Positions 42,824 through 56,329 of a DNA stretch of 64,000 bases are shown here, piece after piece; position 1 is the first letter of the stretch, and each line of letters starts with the position of its first letter. This DNA comes from Eledone cirrhosa (Eukaryota), in the NCBI GenBank assembly GCA_964016885.1, contig OZ024754.1, positions 27,838,001 through 27,902,000 of the forward strand, given 5' to 3'. The notes beneath the pieces were generated by a model. The model saw nothing but the letters and a program-made list of their open reading frames with translations, had not been told where the DNA came from and did not search any database. A program made the position numbers and the translations under genes.

Positions 42824-43255
42824 TATCATTTATCTATTGTTTCTTCATAAGCACATTTTAAACTTATAGCCTCGTTTAAATGATTTTATTATGTGGTTGA
42901 TTTATGGTGATATTTATGGTGATTGGGAGGAGAAATACTGTATATAGTTTATCAAATGATTCTATTGACTTACTTTTTTTATATATTGCTCTGATTATTA
43001 ATTATTTAATTAATTATTCATTGATCCACACCGTGAATGGTTGCCAAAAACATATATATGTATCTATGACTTTGTCTAGCTTATATGTATACACCCTTCA
43101 AATTGTATATATCATTTATGTATTGTTTCTTCATAAGTACATTTTAAACTTATAGCCTCGTTTAAATGATTTTTTATGTGGTTGATTTATGCTGATTGGG
43201 AGGAGAAATACTGAATATAGTTTATATAATGATTCTATGGACTTACTTTTTTATA
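42824..43255 (+). repeat. ~286-bp tandem unit (1.5 copies) of an interspersed family
   Basis: tatcatttat.tattgtttcttcataag at 42824 and 43110; related copies at ~38060-38200 (-) and 58841-59460. Confidence 0.7.
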
Positions 43256-43781
43256 TATATATATATATTTATTTATTTATTTATACTGATATATATGCAT
43301 ATATATGGAGAGAGATCAAATATTCAGTGGCGGTGAAGAACCCAAACCTAAAAGGTTGTTGAGAAAATAGTAAGACGAAATAGATGGAAGAAGAAAGTGC
43401 TAAAGAATAATATAAGAATATAAATGCCAGGAACCTAGGAAGCCAAATAAGAGAGTTGATTGTTCAACCTTTGTAGCAATTAATTACTATTAAAACAAAA
43501 GACTCGAGGAGAAAACAACAAACGATAGAAAAATATAAACTACTGCTAGCAAAACATGATGTAAAGAACGAGATAGGCCAAGAATCAATGTTAAATAAAT
43601 GACAAAAATAGGTGGCAAATAGAAAGCTAAAGCAAATTGCTTTCTTCTGCGATCACCACCACCATCACAATCACAACCACGACCACCGATATAACTACTA
43701 CTACTACTACTACTACTATTATTATTACTGTGATCACCACCACTATCCCAACCACGACCACCGATATAACTACCACCACCG

Positions 43782-43822
<41 letters not shown>

Positions 43823-43879
43823 GTTTTTACTACTACTTTTACCACTATTACTAATCGACTGCTATTATTACTGCGTGTG

Positions 43880-44565
43880 AATTGGCAGTATCGGTAGAGG
43901 GTCGGGTGCCATGCTTTGTAGCACAGTTACGTCTCTTTACGGACTGAGTTCAAATCGCGCCGAGGTTAACTTTGCCTTTCATCCTTACGGGGTCGATAAA
44001 ATAAAGTACCAGTAATACACTGGAATAATTGCTGGCCTTGTGCCTAAAGTAGAAACAATTATTACTGCGTGGATTGGCAGTATCGGTAGAGGGTCGGACG
44101 CCATGCTTTCCAGCATAGTTACGTCCCTTTATGATCTGAGTTCAAATGCCGCCGAGGTTGACTTTGCCTTTCATCCTTACGGGGTCGATAAAATAAAGTA
44201 CCAGTAATGCACTGGGTAATTGCTGGCCTTGTGCCTAAAGTAGAAACAATTATTACTGCCGAGGTTGACTTTGCCTTTCATCCTTTCGAGGTCGATAAAA
44301 TAAAGTACCAGTAATGAACTGGGTAATTGCTGGCTTTGTGCCTAAAGTAGAAACAATTATTACTACTACTACAAGGGCGGCGGATTGGCAGTATCGGTAG
44401 AGGGTCGGACGCCATGCTTTCCAGCATAGTTACGTCCCTTTACGATCTGAGTTCAAATCCCGCCGAGGTTGACTTTGCCTTTCATCCTTACGGGGTCGAT
44501 AAAATAAAGTACCAGTAATGCACTGGGTAATTGCTGGCCTTGTGCCTAACGTAGGAACAATTATT
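43880..44565 (+). mobile_element. Head-to-tail array of four tRNA-derived SINE copies (one 5'-truncated)
   Basis: tggcagtatcggtagag (A box), gttcaaatcc (B box), gcctttcatccttacggggtcgataaaataaagtacc, tail agtagaaacaattattact. Confidence 0.9.
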
Positions 44566-44718
44566 ACTACTGCGATCACCATCACCTTCACCACCACGAC
44601 AAATCAAACTCCCAGTAAAACTTTAAAACATCAACAGATTAAATGATTTTTAATCTTCGTAATTAGAAAACAGCTAAAATCTGTAAATTCAGAAAAGAGG
44701 AATATTTAAATGACAATA

Positions 44719-44912
44719 ATAATTGTTTCTACTTTTGGCACAAGGCCAGCAATTATCCCAGTGTATTACTAGTACTTTATTTTATCGACCCCGTAAGGAT
44801 GAAAGGCAAAGTTAACCTCGGCGGGATTTGAACTCAGACCATAAAGGGCCGTAACTCTATGCTGCAAAGCATGGCGTCCGACCCTCTACTGATACTACCA
44901 ATCCACCGCCCT
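44719..44912 (-). mobile_element. Full-length SINE copy, inverted relative to 44375-44565
   Basis: Reverse complement of the array unit. Confidence 0.9.
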
Positions 44913-44993
44913 TGACAATAATAATAATAGTTTCATTTATTGGCCACTAGGGCTGAAATATAGAAGACTATACAATAGACGAGACAGTGGGGA

Positions 44994-45560
44994 TTACATG
45001 AAAATCCAGTAAAAATAGGAAAACAACAACAATAAACAAGAAAAATAAAACACTGAAAATTCCCAATAGGGGAGATAACCACCCAGGGTTGATTCAGGTA
45101 CCCACATGATCAGAGTAGGCCCACTCACACGCACCATTCTCGCCACATTCACCCACCTTTCAGCAAATGTACTGGGTGGCAGCACTTCTCTCTCCACCCT
45201 CACCTTCCTTTCCAAATGAAATTTGAAAAAGTTGATGAGGGATTTTCCGAAGAGAAAAGTGTCTGTGTTTAGTCCTTTCAGCCTGGTCCACCATACAACC
45301 TCTTTCGCTACGTCCAGGAGACAGGAAAATTGCCTGCTCTTCCTGGCCAAAAGAAGGCGGTGGGTCGATCTTCACTATAGACTCGGCCGATAACCGGATC
45401 CTACACACGACAACAGCTGTTCGTCATAACTCCACAAGTCAGTAATGCACGGACACTGGACGAATGCGTGCAGAACGGTTTCGTCGCTCTGCGGGCACCT
45501 CGGGCAGGTCCGTCTTGATTGATTTTATTAACGTTTAAGCCGCTCTCACGCGACAGCAGA
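44994..45560 (-). pseudogene. 3' fragment of an L1/Tx1-like LINE ORF2 (CCHC region)
   Basis: Minus strand CPRCPQSDETVLHAFVQCP...LWS...FFKFHLERKVRVERE...FAERW. Confidence 0.65.
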
Positions 45561-46319
45561 CTTACCGTTGGGGGGCGTGGCTCATCCATATTATTTAAAA
45601 TACACAGAGTTCAAATATTTGGGCCAAAAGGCCCAAATATTATAGCGTCCCCCCTTCACAGGGCGAAGACGGAAGTCTTAGACCCTTTTTCAAAAAATGC
45701 AACAAATATTACAAATGGAAACAAAACTGAAAATTTACCACTTTTTCGGAGCCCCAGAATGTCGAGGAGTGATCTAATTTATTAAGAATATAGGATTTTG
45801 TATGCGTTTTGTGTTTTAGTCCCCTTTCTTCCCAGGTAGTGGACAAGGCTACAAATAATTAATATTGATAATAGTAAGAGTGATAATATTAAGCATGATA
45901 AGAGGGAATGGAATAAGCCTCCACCCCCATTACCATCTTTGAATTGTTAAATACGACGTAGAAGAGATAAAATAAAACATAAACAATAAAAACAGTAAAT
46001 GTTTGATTATTTTATTTACAACAGTTCTTATAATTAAACTGAATTAATGCAGCAAATAAAATGAACACATTACCATCCACATACACGACAGAAAATTCTT
46101 ACGTCCTGATGTAGTTGTAGTTGTGCCGTCTTCAGTGTTTTACATCTGACTGAGCCACTGCCTCTCCACATCAGAATACAGTCGATTTCTTCTAGATAGA
46201 GAGAAAGGGTCGACCCAAGTACTGGATTGGTACTTCATGTATCGGCCTCGAAAGGATGAAATGTAAAGTTGAGTATGTAAACGATATAAACAAAGAATAT
46301 AATGAGGCAGAACAAATAG

Positions 46320-46480
46320 AGAGACCCTTTTTAATCCGAGGTCCTAATAATTCTGCCAATTTGGCGCCTTCGAAAGAGAAGTCTTTTTAATCCGAGGCCC
46401 TAATGATTCTGTTAATTTGGCACCTTAGAGAGAGAGGGGCCCTTTTAATACGAGGTCCTAATGATTCTGCCTTAGAGAAT
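46320..46480. repeat. ~58-bp tandem repeat, 3 copies
   Basis: ctttt(t)aat.cgagg.cctaat.attctg recurs three times. Confidence 0.7.
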
Positions 46481-46900
46481 AAGTGTACATAAAAATGTAA
46501 ATATTCAAATACCAATAATTTCACGCGTCTGCATGTGCTTTAGAAAACACACACACACACATGGGCAACTATATATATTTTCTTCTATAATGGTTTCTAA
46601 TTTACGCCGCTATACCAGCAATTTCAGGAAATGGGAAAGTTGATTAAACTGGACTGCTACATTATTTTATATAACAGCTTTCCGCCTTTATTGATTTGAC
46701 GGTCTTCCTTGCTTATTTGCATATATCCGCACCATTACAAGTATACATTTTGTTAGCAATCCTAGTATGGTTAACTCGTATATTCATTCAAACCAGTCCT
46801 TGTTAGGCGAATAATTTGAGAGCAGCCAGACTATGGAAAATAGTTTTCCCATTTTTTCTATCGTCTTGGTAACTATAATATATCTGTCTGTCTGTCTGTC

Positions 46901-46997
<97 letters not shown>

Positions 46998-47494
46998 TTT
47001 GCCTCTCCAGATTCACAGATCGCTCATCCAGTGACCTGTAGTGGATTTGAATCACAGGAAGAAAAAAAACGAAACAAATACCACAAGACATTTTGTCCGA
47101 CTCTCTTTCGACTCCATCAGTCCACCATCCACTTGTGTTCGCTTTATAATGCAATGTTTTACTAATGCTTCTTGTTTTTTTTTCTTTTCATTTTCATTCC
47201 ATTACATTGCATCATGTAATTAACGTAAATAAAATTTTAACGTTATATTTAACGTTCTATATTGACATTCGGTAACATTACATTCGGTAATAGCAGCGAG
47301 TTTGTTTATTCTGTTATTCTCTAACACTTTTATTTTATTTCTCATTCTAATTTGCCATTAACTTTCGAAATTATGCTAACCTCTCGTACGAGGAAGCCAA
47401 CAACTAACCAAAAATATAAAATCTATTCAAAAATTATTTTTAAAATGTTAAAGTTTTATTACTGTACACCACGAATGCATGTGTTTGTGCGTGC

Positions 47495-47529
<35 letters not shown>

Positions 47530-47735
47530 TATGTGTGTGTATGTGTGAGGGGTGTTGTTTTTGGTGATTAAAATTATATAACTGACACACACATACACTT
47601 ACGTAATTTACATATACGCAACGCTATTTTTCTACAAAACACAAACATATATATATATGTGTGTGTGTGCGTAAGTATGTTAATAATGTATATGTGTATA
47701 TACACATACATAAATATATGTGTATATATATGCAT

Positions 47736-47772
<37 letters not shown>

Positions 47773-47839
47773 TACACACATACACACACACACACAAATA
47801 TGTACATATATATATTATTCGTGTGCATAATGTTATATA

Positions 47840-48027
47840 TAATTGTTTCTACTTTTGGCACAAGGCCAGCAATTTTCCAGTGCATTACTGGTACTTTATT
47901 TTATCGACCCTGTAAGGATGAAAAGCAAAGTTAACTTCGGCGGGATTTGAACTCAGAATGGCAAGGGCCGTAACTCTATGCGTCAAAGCATGGCGTCCGA
48001 CCCTCTCCCGATACTGCCAATCCACCA
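47840..48027 (-). mobile_element. tRNA-derived SINE copy
   Basis: Same family as 43880-44565. Confidence 0.85.
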
Positions 48028-49686
48028 ATGCCGTGAATTATTTTGTTTAATTCCTGGACCCAATTTTTACATATATTTTTTATATTTCAGAGCTAAATAT
48101 TATCATGTTTAACAAAACCGTGTTACTTTTATATTTATTTAAATTCCAATTATCTCAATCGCATTTTTATTATTTGTATTATTTTATTTTATTTTAAATT
48201 TCTTCGCTTCTGTTTCCCTATTTTTTCTGATTTATGTTGTTTTTTAATCGGTATTAATTACTCGGAGGTTTCAACACTGACATTTGCTTTGTGTTTTGTT
48301 CTTTCTTATCTTGAATTAAAAAGTTTTAATTCCTCTTTCACAAATGTTCGCTTTCTTTCTGTTTAACTACTAATTTCCCCTCATATATTTTTCCTTTTAC
48401 TTTGTTCTTTTTCTCTCCTATTGCGATGATTCTCTCAATCTACCTTATTGAAATGGTTTCTTTCTCTTATATTCGCTTAATTTATGACCGCAGAGTCGAT
48501 GGCTTTATTGGCTTTTAACATTAAAAAGAATATTTATATTCGTTTATTTTTGTTCGAATTGGCAGTTTCATTAGTTTAGAGATTCTCAGAGATTCTCAGG
48601 TCGTATTCTTTCCTTTACAATACCAACTTTCCTCAATTCCTTTCAAATTTGAATTATAATTTGTTTACCTGAACACCATGTTAACATGAACAAACTTTTG
48701 AAACCATTTGATGACTTTTTTTTACCAACAGCTTTGCAAAAACGATGGAAGATGTGTGTATATACCTCATTTGGTCACTTACCATGAGAGTATCATGTTC
48801 AACCTATGAACTTTTCAGCCGACACAAGTATATATATATATATATATACGGGGGAGGGTGTATATGTGCACCTCTGGGTGTGTATGCTTTGGTTTTGTGT
48901 ATACATCTTATATCTTTATACGTACATGTGTGCGTTAGTTGGTGTACATGTGTTTTCCATATTTACAGTTAGTAAGAATCATACAGGCAGACAGGCAGAC
49001 ACACAGACAGACAAGTATTATCAAAAATACCACCTGGTGTGCTTTGGTTGATTTCGCGCTTTCGTTTATCTTTTTTATGTGAATAAAGCACACCATTTCA
49101 ATGACATATCAAAGAACACAGTATGGGTTTGATAACAATCGGATTCATATCGATTTGGAAATATCATTCACGAAGAAATAGCTTTGTGAGACATGCTTTC
49201 GAAATACAGATATCGATATATAAACTGATAAACTTTAACTTCTAACCAATCATATTGATTTCTATTCGACAGTATATTCGTATAGTGATTTTTCTCGCAA
49301 AGAAGTAAATCAGATACTCATTCTCTTTAGAGATATATAGAAAGGTATTAAAAAAATAAAATGATGCTTGCATGACTGTATATATAAGGAGTTCTCTTCG
49401 CAACCTAATGGTTGGCATTTCAGTTTCATTGCCCACCCCGTAGGAATGTGTTTACTATAGTAAACACATTCCCACGGGGTGACCACGAGTTGACCAATGC
49501 TTCGTGAACAGAATCTGTATGGCAGAAACTGCATATATTTGTTATATATATATATAAACAGGCAGACACACCCACATATATATATATGTGTGTTTATATA
49601 TGTGTATTTATGTATATGTATGTATATATATATACGGGGTCCTACTCGTTCCTATATATATATATATATATATAGGAACGAGTAGG

Positions 49687-49782
49687 ACCCCGACGGCTGA
49701 GCTCAAGCCGTTTCGACGGCTAATTCTGGACTAAATGAACATTTTTATCCTGGTATATGAATAGCCGAGCTTCTCAGGGGGT
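49687..49782 (-). ncRNA. Variant-core hammerhead (family B)
   Basis: Mirror copy of 52492-52587. Confidence 0.75.
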
Positions 49783-50892
49783 AATTCCATATATGGTAAA
49801 AGTGATTGTCACAAGGATTGGTCAAAAGTTTGTTGTTGAGACACATAATTCTATCATAGCAATTTGTGGAAGGAAGGGGTAGCTGAACCTGCCAGTAGAA
49901 GAAAGAGGGAGAGGGGTGGAGGAAACCCAGTCGTGCGTTGATAGTGCCAACTACAGCAGGGCAGGAGGTCAAGCAAGTATACTAGGGAGGAGGAGGGGGG
50001 TCGAAACAATAAGTAAAACAAAATGGGGGTAAATATATAGAAGAATACCGAGAATGTTAAAAGTATTAAAATAAAATAATAATAAAAAATAAAAAAAATA
50101 AAAACAATTTCTGGTTACTATTCCCTAACGACAGTCATCAAGTCTCTCACTGGTACTGCTAAACTATAGAAAAGTTTACTAGGTGGGACGGAATTATAAT
50201 GAGACCATTTTAAGAGTTAGTAGTAATCAACCGAGTATATCTTACGGTGACAGATCAACAAGTGGGGGGCCAAAATACTAAAGAAACTACCACGAAATAA
50301 TAATTCAGAGTCCCGAGACTAATACGAAATAATTGTTTCTACCCTAGGCACAAGGCCAGCAACCACCCAGTGCAAAAAATAAACTAATACGAAATAATAA
50401 TTCAGAATCCCGAAAATGAATACTAATAGTATCTCTAAGGGTGCGGCTACGATACAAAAATTCTAGTGCAAACTACATAAATGCTCGTACGAAGTATATG
50501 AAAAATTTGATACGGAAATTAATTCAGAATCCCCCCCCCCCCCAAAAAAAATACTGATATAAGAGAAATTAAAGCAAAGATACCACTAAGAAATGTAGAA
50601 AGCACGGAAATGGAGCAGCCATCGGATAAGAAAGCAAGTATCCGAGGTCTATCACATCTGCTATAAAAAACGGAGTCGGCCAATTCTATCATAGAATAGG
50701 GGATGGGGGTGGGGGTACTGAGGCTACAAAGGACCGAGGGGCTGCCTCGGGTGGGCGAGAAAGTGAAAAGGACGACGACAAAGAAGGAGGACTGGGGTGG
50801 AAGGACTAGGAAGGGATGGGGGGAAGAAGGAAATATAGAGGAAGCAATAAAAAGATATAAAAACTCAACCACTATGGAAGAAATAACCTAAA

Positions 50893-51368
50893 TAGCAGTG
50901 GAGAGCCGACCAGGAGGTGCAACTGTCCTGATGGATCCATTTTCCCCCTCGACAACAGATGCAGAGATCGTAATGTGATCGACCAGTGCAACGTGAGGAC
51001 GGACACCTCCAACAAAGCTTATATAGGATTAACCGCATGTGACTTCAAGACCCGGTATACCAACACAGACATACCTTCCGAAACCCGGCCCGGCCTCACG
51101 CCACCACACTTTCGGGCCACATCTGGGACCTCAAGGATAACAATATTACCTATGATCTCACTTGGAGCTTACTGTCCAGAGCCAACTCTTACACGGGAGG
51201 ACGCCGTCCGTGCAATTTATGCTCGGAAGAAACTTTACAAATGCTGTTTTCGACGGACCAACTTCTAAACAAGAAAGACGAACTGGTAACTGCATGCAAA
51301 CACAGATTGCGTAGGACTTACCTCGCCCTCAAACCCCATAATGACCCGGGGGATAGACAAGGGCTGTA
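50893..51368 (+). pseudogene. PLE GIY-YIG endonuclease fragment, frameshifted
   Basis: CNCPDG..FPLDNRC...AYIGLTACDFKTRYTN / LSGHIWDLKD...CNLCSEE...LLNKKDELVTACKH. Confidence 0.85.
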
Positions 51369-52491
51369 ACACCCCACTTGCCGACTTTGTAATGGATAAC
51401 CCCTGCTTGCAAAGGTAGACGTAAGATCTTCTTTTATATCTTTTTATCGCTTCCTCTATATTTCCTTCTTCCCCCATCCCTTCCTAGTCCTTCCACCCCA
51501 GTCCTTCTTCTTTGTCGTCGTCCTTTTCACTTTCTCGCCCACCTGAGGCAGCCCCTCGGTCCTTTGTAGCCTCAGTACCCACACCCCCATCCCCTATTCT
51601 ATGATAGAATTGGCCGACTCTGCTTTTTATAGCAGATGTGATAGACCCCGGATATTTGCTTTCTTATCCGATGGCTGCCCCATTTCCGTGCTTTCTACAT
51701 TTCTTAGTGGTATCTTTGCTTTAATTTCTCGTATATCAGTATTTATTTTGGTGTGGGGGGGGGGGGTTCTGAATTAATTTTCCGTATCAAATTTTTCATA
51801 TACTTCGTACGAGCATTTATGTAGTTTGCACTAGAATTTTTGTATCGTAGCCGCACCCTTAGAGATACTATTAGTATTCATTTTCGGGATTCTGAATTAT
51901 TATTTCGTATTAGTTTATTTTTTGCACTGGGTGGTTGCTGGCCTTGTGCCTAGGGTAGAAACAATTATTTCGTATTAGTCTCGGGACTCTGAATTATTAT
52001 TTCGTGGTAGTTTCTTTAGTATTTTGGCCCCCCACTTGTTGATCTGTCACCGTAAGATATACTCGGTTGATTACTACTAACTCTTAAAATGGTCTCATTA
52101 TAATTCCGTCCCACCTAGTAAACTTTTCTATAGTTTAGCAGTACCAGTGAGAGACTTGATGACTGTCGTTAGGGAATAGTAACCAGAAATTGTTTTTTAT
52201 TTTTGTTATTTTTAATACTTTTAACATTCTCGGTATTCTTCTATATATTTACCCCATATTGTTTTACTTATTGTTTCGACTTCCTCCCCCTCCCTCTCCC
52301 TAGTATACTTGCTTGACCTCCTGCCCTGCTGTAGTTGGCACGACTGGGTTTCTTCCACCCCTCTCCCTCTTTCTTCTACTGGCAGGTTCAGCTACCCCTT
52401 CCTTCCACAAATTGCCATGATAGAATTATGTGTCTCAACAACAAACTTTTGACCAATCCTTGTGACAATCACTTTTACCATATATGGAATT

Positions 52492-52587
52492 ACCCCCTGA
52501 GAAGCTCGGTTATTCATATACCAGGATAAAAATGTTCATTTAATCCAGAATTAGCCGTCGAAACGGCTTGAGCTCAGCCGTCGGGGT
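52492..52587 (+). ncRNA. Variant-core hammerhead (family B)
   Basis: acccc-CUGAGAA-g..cgguuauuc...gaauuagccg.c-GAAA-CGGCU ugagcuc AGCCG-UC^-ggggu. Confidence 0.75.
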
Positions 52588-52678
52588 CCTACTCGTTCCT
52601 ATTACCCACTCTACTACCCTAAATATTGAGTACTTTGGTGCGTTATGGTCCACTTGGTTCCTTACCACATTTCCTTCG

Positions 52679-52763
<85 letters not shown>

Positions 52764-52766
<3 letters not shown>

Positions 52767-53095
52767 CTTTGATAAAGTCTTTCTTTCAAATCAGGATTTG
52801 GACACCATGGCCCACTCAAGTAGAGAGTTATTGTTTGCGGAGACATATCCTGGTGTAGGAGGCTTAACCGGGATTTCTTGAAGGAATTTTTCCAAAGACT
52901 TCTTGAACTTTATGGCGTCTGTTTCTGTCTTAATGTGTTTTGGCGTAATGTTAAAGAGAGCGGGGCCATTTGAGGTGAAATAAGTGTGTGAGTTTGATTT
53001 TTGTTGTGGGCGGATAACAAGGGGCCCAAGCCTTGGGTGTAGTTTAAAGGTGATGCCAACATCATTTGGGCAATGCTGATGGAATATTTTCCACA
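52764..53095 (-). mobile_element. 3' fragment of the CR1-like LINE seen at 6062-8130
   Basis: ORF 52791-53129 closely matches 7821-8045 (GPALFNITPKHIKTETD...PTPGYVSANNNSLL). Confidence 0.85.
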
Positions 53096-53229
53096 TCATC
53101 AGCTGATGAAGCGCTCGCGCACCAGACAATTAGATATCGCCTATATGTATACGTGTGTGTGTATGGTGTATGTATGCATATGTAGATTTATATATGCATA
53201 TGTAGATATGTATATATATATATATATAT

Positions 53230-53445
53230 CTTGGCGCAAAACCAATTTTTTATTCACATGACCTCTACCGACCAATCAAAATTGTTTTGACCACAAGAAT
53301 TTTTGCTGGAGCCACTTTTTTAACATAAAAACAGTCTTGGCGCAAAATCAATTTTTTACATTCACATGACCTCTACCGACCAATCAAAATTGTTTTGACC
53401 ACAAGAATTTTTGCAAATTGGAGCCACTTTTTTAACATAAAAACA
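53230..53445. repeat. ~107-bp direct tandem duplication
   Basis: cttggcgcaaaa...ggagccacttttttaacataaaa occurs twice. Confidence 0.85.
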
Positions 53446-53701
53446 GGTAGAATTCCCAAAACTAATCAGATCAGAGCAAACAGCACGGACACTCTATCTC
53501 AAAATTATTTTTGAAAAGCATTTAGAAATGCGCAACCGGTAAAAACTTAAAAACTTAAAACCACAACTGAATACTAACCCATACAATCACTAATACTCTT
53601 TTATTCCTAATTAAACCATTTTTCAACTGTGAACAATTTGTCAGCATTTTCTATTCCGTTTACCAATATATAATAACTTGTGTGTTACACCTCTATTCTT
53701 T

Positions 53702-53846
<145 letters not shown>

Positions 53847-55949
53847 TATATAATATATATATATGTGTGTTTATGTATATATATATATATATGTGTGTTT
53901 ATGTTGTATCTCTGTCTATGTCCTGTTACTTTATAGTTCTACGAAACGTGATCGATAAACTTGAAACTATAAGTAGTGTGAGAGGAGATATGATCGAATA
54001 AACTACTTCGTGTGCACCAGCGTGACCACAGTCTAAATGACTGAAACTATTAATTGAAGAAAAGAATGTCTTGCTAATCAACCGATAATTTTAAGAAATT
54101 TACGAACTTGATCAATATATTTGCATTTTAAAGAAATATTCAATGTTCGTATTGGCAAAATTCCCAATATAATATATTGTTAAAAACGAATAACGGAATG
54201 AAAATATATGCCAATTTGTCTGAGATGGTGTTATCGATGGAAATATATCCACATTATTAATTTTACAAATTATTAATGATTTTCTTTTCTTTTTACTTCG
54301 ATAATTCAAAGCTGTATTTATTTGATTTTCATAACAAATGAACAATAAAATACATATTAAATTAAAATACAGAGAATGTGTTTATCAACATATGTCTTTT
54401 GGGCCATTAAATTAAACTTCCGGAATACGAAAAATATAATAACGTATATTTCTGACAATAGATATCTTTATAACTTTGGCTCACAGCCAGATATATAGAA
54501 ACATCGTTTTCACGTGCTTGTGTGGGTAGGTGTGCTTGTGTAGGTGTATGTGCGCGTTTCTATGTATGGCTTGTGTTTATGTGAGAATGTATTTATGGGT
54601 CTGTGTATTTACATGTAGTACTTTGTGTATGAGTGAGTGTGTGTTTCACTTAAGAGAATTAGCATAGTTTCTTTGCACTGTTACGTAGCAATCAGTTAGA
54701 ATAAAGAGGAAATGCTCTGCGCAGTCACCTGAATTGCTAGAAGTAATAGTCAGATATTCATCAAATATCATCTATCATCTTACAAACGGGGAAAGGCTCA
54801 TTAGATAATTCATATATTAATCCATCTAAGCGTCCGTAGCTCCAAATGATGTCGCAGTGGAGCCATCGTTGCTTACGTTACATGTTTGGGATATTTAAAC
54901 CTAGTGGAGCCGATCCGTCTCCAGGTCTAAATACAGCAGAATTATCCCATAGTGAGAGAAGCAGACCAACCAACCTGTAAAAACGCAAACGGGAAGTACC
55001 ATGAAAAAAGTGCCCCAAAAGGGGGAGATTTTATATAATGAAAACTATACCCATTTTCCCAAGAGAAGACATCTCTTACTCACCCTAAAGGTACTATTTT
55101 TCCCTTGAGTTTGTGATTCAAGAGAAAGGTAAGAAATTCTTCATATTTTGTATCTTTTGTATTTTGACTTTACAGTTTGAATTGTAGAATTGTCTATCCA
55201 CTCAAAATATTACAACAGCTAACAGTGAAATATAGAATTTAAAAAAAAAGCTTTTTCGACTGAGATCAAATCTTTGAGAACATTCACGTCTATATTTCAA
55301 AAATATGTAATTTGAAATAGCTTGCTTTTGCTTGGGACTGAAACTTTTTTGTATTTAATTCGTACGAGTATTTTTTAAAGATTTTTTTAAAGATTCTAAC
55401 ATAACTTGATTTGGCCCAGTAATCTACTGATATCAAAATCAGTAGCATATTGAAAAATAATAAAATAGGGTAGGGGGGCGTTTCGTGATTTCGATGGGCG
55501 TTTGACCGAAATGGGTTGTTACAACTTAAAGGGACATAACTGTAGAGTGAAATATAATTTTGCTTTGGTTCGCTGTATTTCCTACCATTCTATCTACCAT
55601 CGACATCTTTTGTGCGAATAGATAATAACATGTTGGGAATAGAATGCTATAGATTTCTTTTTCTGACCTTTGCAGAAGCATGTCACATTCATTGATGCCA
55701 GTTGATTGTGTTCAAAAGTTAAATACAAATAATGAAATGATATAATTAGATAGAATATATATATAGTAAATTACCTCCATTCTTCTTACCTAACAATATT
55801 GGTATGTAGTGATCTGTACAGTAGATCGAACAAAGCAAAGTTGCGTGTGACTTCTAGAATTTTTGAATAATTTATTTTGAAATAGTTACAAATGAATTCA
55901 AAAATCACTTTCGGAACATGTTCCTTTTATTTTGCGATTTCTTTTTTGT

Positions 55950-56155
55950 GCATGTCACCATTGAGATTTTGAGTGTGTTCTGGATCCTCAGACGGCCAGG
56001 TTCCTCCGACAAATACGTCACCATTGATATCTTCAGTCTGTTCTGGTTTCCCAAAAGGCCATTGTCCCCTGATAAATATGTCTCTATTGAGATATCTGTG
56101 TGTTCTAGGTTCCCAATCGGCCATTTTCATCTGACAGATACGTCACCATTGAAAT
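55950..56155. repeat. ~60-bp degenerate tandem repeat
   Basis: gtcaccattga...gttct.g..tcc...ggcca recurs 3-4 times. Confidence 0.65.
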
Positions 56156-56231
56156 CAAGTGATTTATATATATATATATATATATATCACAGAAAAAAAG
56201 AGAATCAGTGTTGCGACGAATAGAATTTATT

Positions 56232-56329
56232 AGACATATTACAATCGGTTCTCTGGCGACCAGCTCGAGGCACGATCAATGTGATTATCGAACCTGACTC
56301 TGAAAATCGCAAGGTCCTCAGATACGTCT
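56232..56329 (-). ncRNA. Family J hammerhead, GAAA mutated to GAAC
   Basis: Mirror copy of 56666-56763. Confidence 0.6.

Larger units (their letters stand above)
49673..52680 (+). mobile_element. 5'-truncated Penelope-like element (family B) with ~1.2-kb inverted arms
   Basis: 49673-50864 inverted at 51431-52603; GIY-YIG remnant in spacer; TA tracts on both sides. Confidence 0.9.

Noticed and set aside
43880-44565. Regularly spaced repeats resembling a CRISPR array or tRNA genes
   Set aside because: Whole ~190-bp units repeat with no unique spacers; tRNA-like heads lack a full cloverleaf; eukaryotic SINE
53095-53145. tcatcagctgatga palindrome containing CTGATGA
   Set aside because: No GAAA box or stem III downstream; at most a fragment at a LINE junction
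55380-55630. Possible DNA transposon or MITE fragment
   Set aside because: No paired terminal inverted repeats or target duplication identified
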